This document shows positions 34,736 to 44,203 of a stretch of DNA of 64,000 bases, in pieces. Location: positions 62,001-126,000 of the IMG/VR virus record IMGVR_UViG_3300023179_004149. One strand, given 5' to 3'. The notes under the pieces were generated by a model. It made no database searches. It was not told the origin of the DNA and saw only the letters and a program-made list of their open reading frames with translations. The stretch's first letter is position 1; each line of letters opens with the position of its first letter. Both the position numbers and the translations under genes were made by a program.

Positions 34736-37684
34736 TTATTTAACCTCACATCCAGACGCTCCGCAGGCTAACTCACCTGTAAGGTCCGTATTATCATCGA
34801 ATTCAATTACCTTTGATAAATCTATATTGGTTAATGATTTCATCATCCCATCATACTGTTCCTTTGTACAGTCGGAAAACGGTGCCTGAATGTAACTACC
34901 ACCATCATAAGGTAATACTGATAAACCATTGTAAAACTCTTTATTTTCCCACATCCATAAACCAACAAGATCCCATTCGTTTTCTTTAATGTTAATTGTT
35001 GCCGATACGTTATGTGTGTTTTCACCTTTTCTGTGACCAGTTCTGATCCATTCCTTACTTACCTTTTTAACCCTTTCCAAAGTAGAAATAGCTGATTCGG
35101 TTCTTAAGATTGAATCTTTTGGTGCCATCTGTGGTACGCTGATTACAGCCGTATCGTGTGGGCGGAAGTACTCGTCTTCAACCAATTCTGGATGGTATGT
35201 TGCCAAGTAATAATAAATCGCTTCATTCTTACCAACACGGATTCTACGTATATAGTAATCGTTGTGCCAAGCGTGGATACCAGATGATGTACCAAGAACC
35301 AATGAAGATGTGCCCGATGGTTTAACTGTTGTTGATCTCGCAGCTGCATTTATACCTATTAAAGCAGCAACACGTGCGTTTTCTTCTTTTACGATATTAG
35401 CGGCTTCAACCATATCATATTCAAGTACAACACCTGAACCAATACCAGTCATGCCAACACCTATTAGGGCCTCTTTTTCGGTTGTTCTCTTCCATATCTC
35501 ACGTAAGTAATGGAAGTCAGTATAACCAGCCTGTAATGTACCTATAAACGCAGCGGCTTTAACTCTTTCGTTGTAATCCTCTTGTGAAACAATATCTGAA
35601 ACATTTACCTCAGTCAAATTACAAAATTGATTTGGTCTTAACGAAATTTCACAATTATGAGCTGAGACACCATTTAAATCAAATTCATGTACATCATCGA
35701 CAGTTACATCATAAACATCCTCAACAGCATCAACTTCAATCGATATAATTTCATCATAAAATCGTGTTCTATTGTATTTCCTCTTATATCCAGATAAAAT
35801 AGTTTTTAATTTATTTTTTTTAATTGGTTCATCAAAACCAATAATTTGATTATATATTTGAATATTATCGTTACTAATAATTAATTCAAATAACTCTTTA
35901 CAGAAATAATCGGATTTAGAACCTTTACCGTTTGGTAGTGATTTAAATTTTTCATTACTCCTTTTAAAAATTGAAGATACTATACCAAACCTAATTAATA
36001 TTCTTTGTACCCTTTTCAAAAGATTTTCATCAGCTTGTGTGAGTCTAATAGAATAACCTTTTATAAAATTACCCTGAACAGACCCGTCAGCATCAAATAA
36101 CCCTCTTAATAAACCCTGTAAAAAAACGTAAGAGGCGCTTTCTATTTTATCCGTTATTTTCTTATTACCATAAATAACATCGAACTTATTGGCTAACTTA
36201 CTAATGCCAACACATTTGATTCTTTTTTTATCATAATTGGTTATGTCTTGAATTTGTAGATCTGACCTGTGATCAACATTATCGATAATTCTTTTATAAG
36301 CTATTTCAGACATAACATCTTTAGTTTCACCCCAAAAATCAAGTGAACTATCGTTGATTGTCATAGCACCATCACCTATTAACGAACCTAAAATCCAACC
36401 CTCATCAAAACTACCATTGCCAGACCACTTATGTATATCTCTATGGTTTGAAAGTGATATTTTATCACCTATTTTCAAATCTTTTAATTCTTTCCATTCA
36501 TTAAGTAATAATTTTCTTGTTAATTTAGAAATATATTTTAACTTATGATCATTAGTTATTCTAAATTGGTATCCCTTTTTAGTAGTGACTTTATATAATT
36601 GTTTCGTTCCCGTTTTCCAAAAACCGTTCGATAACGTATTATACATTTTACCATTACTAACACAATTAAAATTAGTATTTACCAAATCAGTTACTAATTT
36701 AGCCCCAGTATCTGTCATAACCCACGAATCACCAGCCACACAGCATGGATTGGTTCCGAGACTCTTATCATTTGTAAAAAAAATACCTGGCTCACCTGAA
36801 CCTGATAATTCAATTCGTTTCCATAAATCATCAAAAAAATCTTTTGTTATACGGTGTCTTAATAAGACAGCCGAATTGTTAGCGCGACCTCTCTGTGGAT
36901 TAGATTCCCACCATTCGCCAGACTTACATGAGATCATCTCATCATCATCAGCGGAGAATAAACAAATTAACGCGGCCCTACGAATACCACCAGCTAAAAC
37001 AGCGTCGGCAATATAACAAACCATATCATGCACTTCTATCGAAGTTAATCTGTCACCATCATTTTTACTATCTAAAATCTTTTTTACGTTATGGATACAG
37101 TCTTTTAATGGTTGAGGGCCTGGTGCCTTACCACCAGATGTTATTAATCTAGCTCCCTTTGGTCGTATATCAGAATAATCAAATTGTGGTGTTGATGTTA
37201 TATCGCCAGTATACGATTTAAATAATACCTTAATTGCATCAGCCCAACCTTCAATAGAATCATTTATTAAAAACCTTCTGTTTCTATCCGCTTTTGGTTT
37301 ACGTATATCGGGTAATTTCTCAATATCATGTTTCTGTACTGAATAACCAACACCAGTACCACCCAATAATAAAAACATTATCTCAGCAAATGTATCGATA
37401 TGGTCTATTGGGGTGTAAGCACAATTAAATATCCTATTAGGTGATATTTCGATTGGTTTGCCGCCGAATTGAAGTGATCTCATGGAAGGTAGTACCTTCT
37501 TGTTATAAACCATCTGGTAGTTTTTTATTATCTCGTCTTTCAACATTGGATACTTTTTAATGTGCATATCCATGTTCCTGGTTACTAATTCATTCCAGGT
37601 CTCTCTTCGTTTCTCATCTGGAAGATACTTGGCGTACTTCATGTACACCGTAATTTCGCTTAAAATCTCTTGTGATAAATCCAT
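34736..37684 (-). CDS. nrdJ: Class II (B12-dependent) ribonucleotide reductase with intein
   Basis: PSMRSL, FNCAY, GGIRRAALI, GTNPC|CEISL (spliced), TVKPSGT and C-terminal ACGASGC. Spliced length 619 aa. Confidence 0.95.
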   Translation of the reverse strand: MDLSQEILSEITVYMKYAKYLPDEKRRETWNELVTRNMDMHIKKYPMLKDEIIKNYQMVYNKKVLPSMRSLQFGGKPIEISPNRIFNCAYTPIDHIDTFAEIMFLLLGGTGVGYSVQKHDIEKLPDIRKPKADRNRRFLINDSIEGWADAIKVLFKSYTGDITSTPQFDYSDIRPKGARLITSGGKAPGPQPLKDCIHNVKKILDSKNDGDRLTSIEVHDMVCYIADAVLAGGIRRAALICLFSADDDEMISCKSGEWWESNPQRGRANNSAVLLRHRITKDFFDDLWKRIELSGSGEPGIFFTNDKSLGTNPCCVAGDSWVMTDTGAKLVTDLVNTNFNCVSNGKMYNTLSNGFWKTGTKQLYKVTTKKGYQFRITNDHKLKYISKLTRKLLLNEWKELKDLKIGDKISLSNHRDIHKWSGNGSFDEGWILGSLIGDGAMTINDSSLDFWGETKDVMSEIAYKRIIDNVDHRSDLQIQDITNYDKKRIKCVGISKLANKFDVIYGNKKITDKIESASYVFLQGLLRGLFDADGSVQGNFIKGYSIRLTQADENLLKRVQRILIRFGIVSSIFKRSNEKFKSLPNGKGSKSDYFCKELFELIISNDNIQIYNQIIGFDEPIKKNKLKTILSGYKRKYNRTRFYDEIISIEVDAVEDVYDVTVDDVHEFDLNGVSAHNCEISLRPNQFCNLTEVNVSDIVSQEDYNERVKAAAFIGTLQAGYTDFHYLREIWKRTTEKEALIGVGMTGIGSGVVLEYDMVEAANIVKEENARVAALIGINAAARSTTVKPSGTSSLVLGTSSGIHAWHNDYYIRRIRVGKNEAIYYYLATYHPELVEDEYFRPHDTAVISVPQMAPKDSILRTESAISTLERVKKVSKEWIRTGHRKGENTHNVSATINIKENEWDLVGLWMWENKEFYNGLSVLPYDGGSYIQAPFSDCTKEQYDGMMKSLTNIDLSKVIEFDDNTDLTGELACGASGCEVK
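35654..36742 (-). mobile_element. Canonical intein with LAGLIDADG endonuclease in NrdJ, 363 aa
   Basis: CVAGDSWV...ITNDH...LGSLIGDG...LRGLFDADG...VYDVTV...SAHN|C. Confidence 0.95.
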
Positions 37685-37701
37685 ATCTTTTTTTTTGTTT
37701 T

Positions 37702-37710
37702 TATAAATAG
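37702..37710 (-). promoter_or_regulatory. CTATTTATA phage promoter-like motif upstream of nrdJ
   Basis: Recurring intergenic motif, 18 nt upstream of the ATG. Confidence 0.6.
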
Positions 37711-37734
37711 GTGTTAAATCACCCCAAAGTTTAC

Positions 37735-37779
37735 AAAAACAAAATTTTATAATTGTTATATTTTAATTATAAAATTTTG
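37735..37779 (-). terminator. AT-rich 15-bp inverted repeat followed by U-tract, probable terminator after helicase
   Basis: CAAAATTTTATAATT-N10-AATTATAAAATTTTG followed by TTTTT on the coding strand. Confidence 0.5.
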
Positions 37780-37794
37780 GGTAAATAAATTTAT

Positions 37795-39225
37795 TTACTC
37801 TACTTTTGTTGTGTTTTCAGCTTCAACCCCACCATTTTTTTCACGTTCTTCGAGTACCTTGCGATACGTTTCGTTATGTTTATCGCGCAATTTTTTCTCT
37901 TTATCTTTTTCCATGCCGTTGATGGTTACTCTGTGACCAGTGTCGATTTTCAGAGTACCGTTATCGAATATGCAATTTTCAAACACCATACCATCTTTAC
38001 CCAATCGGTTTTTTAGGATGGCAATAGTTGCCAGGTCAGCTTCTTTTTGCGGTAATGTTTTAGCTATTGACATAATGAAGTGAGCTATTTGTGCTTTTTT
38101 AAGTGAACCACCCATATTTTCAGTCTTTACGACATCAATGCTTGTTGATGCCCTATTACCCTGTGTAGCTGTCCAACAAGCAACATCCATCTCTTCAATC
38201 ATGGTTTCAAGTTGGCGCATGATCTTACCTTCGTTTAACCACTCTTCAATACCTGCCACTTCTTTCTCCATGGAAAGACAATCAACATAATCCAAAATAA
38301 GCATATCAATCTTATGACCCTTAGCATTAAGCTTTTTGATTATGTTTTTTATCTTTGCTATGGTAACTCCGTCAGCGGGTAATTTTTGAAAGAACAGCTG
38401 ATTGTCGTGTCTTTTCTCGATTTTTTCTTTCACATTATTCATCCTATTCATAACGGCTTCTTTGTTAAGCCCCAAATCCTGTAATGGTATTTTTGAAATA
38501 ATCGAATAGTGTTTACGTTGTACCGCCTTTTCTTTATCTTCAAAGAAAACCTGTAATACATTTTTACCACTCATATAAGCGGCATTAGCTACTTTACTAA
38601 GGAATGTTGTTTTACCAACACCCAATGGTGCAATTACTAGGGCTAATTCTTGTTTTGCTAACCCTCCGTTCATAATCTCATCTAGCCCTTCTATACCCGT
38701 TGGAATAGGCTCACGGTAATCGTCAGATAATACGTTTTCGAGGTTATGATATAACGTTATAGCATCTTCAACATCTTTGAAGACTAGAGCGTCTTTTAAT
38801 TTCTTTTCGATTATATCATAATCATCAACAATTCCTTTATCAACTTTCTTAGATATATCCTGTAGTACATGTTTTAATGTTTGTAGTTTTACAAACTTAG
38901 TAGCGAACTCTTGTACGTTTTTGTTTGTTACTTTTTTACTTTCAATTTCGATAACCGTATCAATAAGTTGTGACCTTAATGTTGATTCAGGTACCTGCAT
39001 CTTAATTTCCGTTTTGAGGTTAGGAAAATTAAGGATAGTTTCGTGTTTTTCGTAATACTTTTTAAGTATAACCACTAATTTCTGGTAAGCCTCCACGTTA
39101 AAGTGAGAGGCTTCCAGTTTTTCAATAACAGTCTCGCCGAATTTTGTATCTGTTATTATCTCGTAGAATAGGTCTAATTGGAAACCTCTTCCTAATTCGG
39201 TGATTGATGTTGCGTGACTTTTCAT
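37795..39225 (-). CDS. dnaB: DnaB/gp41-like replicative helicase
   Basis: IPTGIEGLDEIMNGGL, Walker A APLGVGKT, LILDYVD, WTATQGNR, LKNRLG. Confidence 0.92.
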   Translation of the reverse strand: MKSHATSITELGRGFQLDLFYEIITDTKFGETVIEKLEASHFNVEAYQKLVVILKKYYEKHETILNFPNLKTEIKMQVPESTLRSQLIDTVIEIESKKVTNKNVQEFATKFVKLQTLKHVLQDISKKVDKGIVDDYDIIEKKLKDALVFKDVEDAITLYHNLENVLSDDYREPIPTGIEGLDEIMNGGLAKQELALVIAPLGVGKTTFLSKVANAAYMSGKNVLQVFFEDKEKAVQRKHYSIISKIPLQDLGLNKEAVMNRMNNVKEKIEKRHDNQLFFQKLPADGVTIAKIKNIIKKLNAKGHKIDMLILDYVDCLSMEKEVAGIEEWLNEGKIMRQLETMIEEMDVACWTATQGNRASTSIDVVKTENMGGSLKKAQIAHFIMSIAKTLPQKEADLATIAILKNRLGKDGMVFENCIFDNGTLKIDTGHRVTINGMEKDKEKKLRDKHNETYRKVLEEREKNGGVEAENTTKVE

Positions 39226-39233
39226 GAATTAAA

Positions 39234-39695
39234 TTAAATTAAATTGTATTCCAAATAGGTTGTCTCGAGTTTATCTGTTTTTTCTGACAGACACTTTTGA
39301 ATGCGGGTAATAATGTCGTAAATATATTGACGTATATCAACCGTATACCTAATCTTAACTGGGTAAATGGTTGCATCCCATTCACGGTATCCTATAACCC
39401 TTTCATTCATCTTAACAACCATTCTTATTTTGTCATTATTTTTGTTTTGGTCATAAGAAGGGTTCTCGTAATACTGACGTGAATTTTCAGTCATGTAATC
39501 AAGTGTCTTGTTTTTTAAATGGAGCTTGATTATCTCTGTGTTAATATCAAGAGCTTCTTTGAAGCCCAAAGATCTGAGTGCTGTATTGTTATACCCTATT
39601 ACATTGAAGTATCTTTGCACAATTATGTTATCGTTAAGATACAATGTAAACTCAAATTGTTTTTGATCCTTTTTAATCTGTGTTGTTGTGTTCAT
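39234..39695 (-). CDS. hypothetical protein
   Basis: 153-aa ORF between the exonuclease and helicase genes. Confidence 0.6.
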   Translation of the reverse strand: MNTTTQIKKDQKQFEFTLYLNDNIIVQRYFNVIGYNNTALRSLGFKEALDINTEIIKLHLKNKTLDYMTENSRQYYENPSYDQNKNNDKIRMVVKMNERVIGYREWDATIYPVKIRYTVDIRQYIYDIITRIQKCLSEKTDKLETTYLEYNLI

Positions 39696-40743
39696 TTTGT
39701 CCTTTTTTAGATTGTTCGTAAAGTTTTTTCTCTTTATTTATAATAGTAATAAAACTTGACCAAAATGTAAAAAAACCGTCATCATATTTTGGTAAGAATG
39801 TTAAAATTTCGTCTTCTTTCATCATATCCATAATTGTGTTTACCCCGCCTCTACCATCTGGTATGAGGTATTCTTCAACCATTTCTTTAATCGCCTCTTT
39901 TAATTCATCGGTAACATTTGGCGTTTCCAGGTTTATTACTTTACTCATTACAAGGAAGTAATCATTACCGTAAGCACCCCATTTTGTTTTTCCTTCTTTT
40001 ATAGTCAGCAACGCTTTATTACTATCATCCTTAGACAATAACTCATTGGTTCTTTCTAAGACCCAATCTGTTGTTTTTGGTTCTTTTTTTAACTCAGGAA
40101 ACAACTTAAGTACTTTTATTTCCCCTATGTTTTCCAACCCAGATATGTTGTCGGAAGAATCCCCAGCTAACATTTTTATTATACCCACATTTTTGTAGTG
40201 GTAGTCAAAATAATTAGTGAAGTTATCCTGATTGAGGATAGCCTTTTTGTTTGAAAGGTAAACTTTGGTGTCGTCAGATATTAGTTGTAGAAGATCTCTA
40301 TCGTTTGTAAAAATCAACTTATTTTCATTGGGTGAGTTCCTTACATAATAGGCAATACCATCGTCAGCCTCGCATCCATCAATCTCAACTTGTCTTATAA
40401 ATAACTCTTCGAGGTATTGTTTTACTCTAATTCTTTGTCGATCAAGGTCATGTTTTTGGTTTTCATCCTCAAATTTATCCTCTCTATTCTTTTTATAGTT
40501 TGGATAATAACATTGTCGATAAATTTTAGAGTCTTTTCCTTCCCAAAACACAACAACTTTTGTAATACCAAAATCCTGGTAAAATCGTTTTATTGTGTTT
40601 ATGAAGTGGAATATGGTGCCAACGCTACCGTGTTTCATTTGGACTTGTTTGGCACCATAAAATCCCTGTTTCAATAAACCTTCGCCGTCGATCAATAAGG
40701 TATTAATCTTCGTAATCGACTTGGGCTTCGTTTTGAACTTCAT
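39673..40743 (-). CDS. 5'-3' exonuclease / flap endonuclease (T4 RNase H, PolI N-terminal-like)
   Basis: LLIDG, YYPNYKKNR, EADD, TNDRDLLQL, GDSSDNISG..IGE. Confidence 0.92.
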   Translation of the reverse strand: MKFKTKPKSITKINTLLIDGEGLLKQGFYGAKQVQMKHGSVGTIFHFINTIKRFYQDFGITKVVVFWEGKDSKIYRQCYYPNYKKNREDKFEDENQKHDLDRQRIRVKQYLEELFIRQVEIDGCEADDGIAYYVRNSPNENKLIFTNDRDLLQLISDDTKVYLSNKKAILNQDNFTNYFDYHYKNVGIIKMLAGDSSDNISGLENIGEIKVLKLFPELKKEPKTTDWVLERTNELLSKDDSNKALLTIKEGKTKWGAYGNDYFLVMSKVINLETPNVTDELKEAIKEMVEEYLIPDGRGGVNTIMDMMKEDEILTFLPKYDDGFFTFWSSFITIINKEKKLYEQSKKGQNEHNNTD

Positions 40744-41776
40744 ATTCTTCTAAGATAAAGTTTTCATCACCGAGTCTTTCTGACCAGTAATCTTTTGTTT
40801 CTGCTTTGTATTTGTTCAGTGCTGCTTTGTTATCACGCTTATCATCAGTAATAAAACCGTGAGGTGTAACGATAATTCTTGAATCAGCATAACCTAGGCC
40901 ATTGATGTGGTTTTTATCAACTGTTACTTTTGTTTTAGTTGCAAAATTGATAGTTCTACCGTTACTTGTGGCATCAATTTTTGAAATACCAGCATTTGCT
41001 TCGTTACCGAAACGGAATACCAATGTTGAACACTGATAGATAGCTTCACCACCTTTAGGTTTTATCTTTGGTTTACCCATGGGCGAGTCTGGTAACGCAA
41101 CCCATGGTAAATTACAGATTACAATACCATTGGTGTGCTTTGATGTTTCTTTACGGCTGTTGTTGATTTTCTGATTCAAACCCATGTTGAACTTTTCAGC
41201 TAATACACGTGCTGTGTGCTGTGTGCCTCCTTTACCTTGCCATGTCATTTCACACGGCACTGAACCCACCGAGTCCCAGAAGAAGCAAATATCATATGGT
41301 ATTTCACCCTTATCTTGCTTAGCCAGTACATCATTGATATAATCGGTAACCTGTTCAATGTAATTGAAGTCATCACGGTAGAAGAAGAATCCATCCCATT
41401 CTCCTGTTTCCTCATTTTTATCGCATTGAAGACCCATTAATTTACAGTGATCAAAAGACCACTTCTTTTCTGTTACCAGGAAGATTGGTAGGATACCTTG
41501 TTTCTGAGCATCTACCGCCGCAGCTATCAATGCTGATGTTTTACCTGCATTTGAGTGACCGAGTAACATGTTAACATGTCCCATTGCAGGGCCTGGTAAA
41601 CCAGATGCTTCTAAGAACGCTTCACCACATGATAAAAACTGATCAGGTTTATACTTTGTTGATGTACTCATTTTAGCTTTTAGTGACTTAAAATCGAACT
41701 CCTTTTTAGCCACACCCTTTTTCGGTTTTTTTTCCTCATTAGCACCATTTTCTGGTGTATTAGTTTCTTTATTCAT
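40703..41776 (-). CDS. recA: RecA/UvsX-like recombinase
   Basis: Walker A GHSNAGKT, VTEKK, FWDSVG, KGGEAI, KNHI. Start placed at ATG 41776 because the track's extension to 41842 runs through a hairpin. Confidence 0.85.
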   Translation of the reverse strand: MNKETNTPENGANEEKKPKKGVAKKEFDFKSLKAKMSTSTKYKPDQFLSCGEAFLEASGLPGPAMGHVNMLLGHSNAGKTSALIAAAVDAQKQGILPIFLVTEKKWSFDHCKLMGLQCDKNEETGEWDGFFFYRDDFNYIEQVTDYINDVLAKQDKGEIPYDICFFWDSVGSVPCEMTWQGKGGTQHTARVLAEKFNMGLNQKINNSRKETSKHTNGIVICNLPWVALPDSPMGKPKIKPKGGEAIYQCSTLVFRFGNEANAGISKIDATSNGRTINFATKTKVTVDKNHINGLGYADSRIIVTPHGFITDDKRDNKAALNKYKAETKDYWSERLGDENFILEEYEVQNEAQVDYED

Positions 41777-41790
41777 ATTTGTTGTGTTTT

Positions 41791-41844
41791 CAAAAGATAT
41801 GGGTATCCCCTTTGACTTTTTACAGTCATCAAAGATACCCATAT
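41791..41844 (-). terminator. long hairpin between ssb and recA (terminator/attenuator or processing site)
   Basis: ATATGGGTATC...GATACCCATAT 11-bp outer stem with further inner pairing, followed by CTTTT on the coding strand. Confidence 0.6.
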
Positions 41845-41856
41845 GTTATTATATAA

Positions 41857-42774
41857 TTAAAACGGTAAGTCATCAACCGACAAAGAAACTGGTTCTTCGT
41901 TGTAGTGCTCCTCAACCAGAGTGTTAGTTGGAGATTGGTAATTAGCCTTAGAAGGTTCTTTTAATGATGGTGTTGATACTTGGTTATCTTCTGACTTAGC
42001 TACAAATTTCTTAGCTTCTGAATCCCAAATAGGTTCACAACCTTGTGCTACTATGCGCAGATATTCTATTGGTTTCTTTTTGTATACGTCTTTCCATGTA
42101 ATCTTATCATTTAACCAAGCATTCGCTTGATCTTCATCATTACTAACTGGTGATGGGTCATCAACCATAATTTGTGATACTTTCGTGAATCCTTTAGATA
42201 CGTCACGAACTGTTGTGATAGCGATATCACGACCCATACCATCTGGTCTCCAGATTGCTCCACTTCCTGGGTTCTTATCGTCGAGTCGCTTCATTAATGG
42301 GATTAATTTATCCATAATTCCTGAACCGTCACCAACTTTGTTAAATCTCCAAAATTTTGGACCCTCATGTTCCTTACCGCGTTCAATACCACGAACGATA
42401 TAAAAATCACGTGATCTGTAATTTCCCGCTAATGCTTTATCATCTTTATCACCGCTCTTAACTAGGATATTGTACATATCGTTAAGAGGTGATTCTTCAC
42501 CATCCTGTGTAGGATCGTATAGTTTCTGCCATTTCTTACCTATCTTTAGGTTGTGGAATTTAACCAACGCGAAATAAGTAAACGGATCGTCCGCTGTTAA
42601 AGGTAATATTCTGAATACCTTTTCTTCTGTGTTAACCCCATCTGGCAGAGCCAGAGTAAAATACTTTGTAAGGTCAACTTCATTTTTCGCCGTAGTTGTT
42701 ACGGTCTTTGCTTTTTCGTAGTCAGCCAGTGTGTTTTGTACGGCTTTGTTCCAATCAATGTTTTTGTAATCCAT
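41857..42774 (-). CDS. ssb: single-stranded DNA-binding protein (gp32-like)
   Basis: FRILP...HNLK, GPKFWRF, GRDIAI and acidic tail ending VDDLPF. Upstream of recA. Start placed at ATG 42774. Confidence 0.8.
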   Translation of the reverse strand: MDYKNIDWNKAVQNTLADYEKAKTVTTTAKNEVDLTKYFTLALPDGVNTEEKVFRILPLTADDPFTYFALVKFHNLKIGKKWQKLYDPTQDGEESPLNDMYNILVKSGDKDDKALAGNYRSRDFYIVRGIERGKEHEGPKFWRFNKVGDGSGIMDKLIPLMKRLDDKNPGSGAIWRPDGMGRDIAITTVRDVSKGFTKVSQIMVDDPSPVSNDEDQANAWLNDKITWKDVYKKKPIEYLRIVAQGCEPIWDSEAKKFVAKSEDNQVSTPSLKEPSKANYQSPTNTLVEEHYNEEPVSLSVDDLPF

Positions 42775-42798
42775 AAATACGTTAATTTTTATGTTACA

Positions 42799-42827
42799 AT
42801 AGTAAGTATGATTGTTCAAAAAGTCAA
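42799..42827 (-). promoter_or_regulatory. sigma70-like promoter heading the replication block
   Basis: Coding strand TTGACT-N17-TACTAT, 25 nt upstream of the ssb ATG. Confidence 0.65.
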
Positions 42828-42845
42828 GAAAAAAGATGGTGTTTT

Positions 42846-43172
42846 TTACGTAAACATGGTATTACCGAATAAGTTCTTATATCGTTTTACTCCGACAACT
42901 AATATACCCACATAAGGCGCTGGGGCTGGGGAGGTCGTATTTCTTTCAATACTTCTAACACTGATTGATGATATTGACATATCCACCTTACCTAACATCG
43001 AAAAGGTTAAACCAGTTACCCCATTAATGTCTAGGGTTACCGTATCGTTTGTATTACCTAATGTAATAAATGATTGATAATTTATTGAATAGCCCGTAGT
43101 TTCCACCGCTGTTACAGCAGTATCTCCAGTTGTTATTTTTGTTAATACTAATTCTTGTTGATAATGTGGCAT
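42846..43172 (-). CDS. hypothetical protein
   Basis: 108-aa beta-rich ORF, in frame with the upstream TAG-terminated ORF. Confidence 0.6.
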   Translation of the reverse strand: MPHYQQELVLTKITTGDTAVTAVETTGYSINYQSFITLGNTNDTVTLDINGVTGLTFSMLGKVDMSISSISVRSIERNTTSPAPAPYVGILVVGVKRYKNLFGNTMFT

Positions 43173-43178
43173 AATATA

Positions 43179-43970
43179 CTATATATTTTTAAATGGATTA
43201 TCTTGTGGTGAATAGAAACTATCTTTCACTTGGCTATCATTGTAATCCGACATAATTGTTTTCATCATTGACATTTTTGATTTTTTTTCCATATCTGTCT
43301 GTGTTTTTTCACCTTGCCCTTTTGAATAGTCATCCAGGGTTACGCTAAAAGGATATGAGTCTTTTGCCAATGATTGTCTTCTTTCCATTTCGGTTGGTGG
43401 TCTCATTAATTCAACCTGTTTTGTCAAATCTTGCATTTTATTAATTAATGAATCCATTTTGGTTACGTTATTTTGAATGGCATCCACACGGCTCATTAAA
43501 TTATTAAATTGCTGAGTTGATTGATCAACTTTAGATAAAACATCTTGAACCTTCATTTTAAGTTCGTTGGTACCGTTTACGAGCTCAGTAACATCAACCT
43601 CCGTGGTATCATCATCACCACCCATTTCAACCCCAGATTCCATACTGTCATCACCCGCGCCACCCGTGTCATCCATACCAGCAGCAGGCGCTTCCGCATC
43701 AGCATTCATATCCAATGGTTCATTTGGCACCCCAACTTCACCAGTTGGATTATTCGGGTCAATACCTGTTGGTTCATTTGTATCCATATCATCAGCTGGT
43801 TCAGCAGCTGGTTCTTGCACTGGTGGAGGTGTATTCGGATCTTCCTCAGCTTCTGGAAGTTGCTGATGGAAATAGTATTGACCTTCTTTAATCAAATTAT
43901 CTTGATAGGATACTATTTGGCGGAAACGGCCAAGTTCTTTAGATAACGCCTCATTTAGCTTTTTGCTCAT
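43179..43970 (-). CDS. hypothetical protein with acidic disordered region and coiled coil
   Basis: D/E/P/A/G-rich segment followed by heptad-like helices. The only TAG-terminated gene here. Confidence 0.65.
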   Translation of the reverse strand: MSKKLNEALSKELGRFRQIVSYQDNLIKEGQYYFHQQLPEAEEDPNTPPPVQEPAAEPADDMDTNEPTGIDPNNPTGEVGVPNEPLDMNADAEAPAAGMDDTGGAGDDSMESGVEMGGDDDTTEVDVTELVNGTNELKMKVQDVLSKVDQSTQQFNNLMSRVDAIQNNVTKMDSLINKMQDLTKQVELMRPPTEMERRQSLAKDSYPFSVTLDDYSKGQGEKTQTDMEKKSKMSMMKTIMSDYNDSQVKDSFYSPQDNPFKNI

Positions 43971-43971
43971 A

Positions 43972-44190
43972 TTATCTGATAAAATTTCTATTTGAATTAC
44001 TTATTGGTCTTTCTTCTCTTAATAATTCTCTACCGTCTTCGAGAACTAATTTCTTTTCAATGATTGTTCTTTCAATTAAACCGTCCTTGCTCTTAATATA
44101 ACAGACACCAGTCTTTAAATCACAAACTTCTTGTCCTTCGGCTGGGTTTTCACCCAAAAAATCGTTAATTTGCTTGTTTATCTGATTCAT
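43972..44190 (-). CDS. hypothetical protein
   Basis: 72-aa ORF (CDLKTGVC) directly behind a CTATTTATA motif. Confidence 0.6.
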   Translation of the reverse strand: MNQINKQINDFLGENPAEGQEVCDLKTGVCYIKSKDGLIERTIIEKKLVLEDGRELLREERPISNSNRNFIR

Positions 44191-44203
44191 AAAAAATATT
44201 TCT

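Noticed and set aside
41777-42819. Track starts for recA (41842) and ssb (42819)
   Set aside because: The extensions overlap a hairpin and a promoter respectively; downstream ATGs at 41776 and 42774 fit better.
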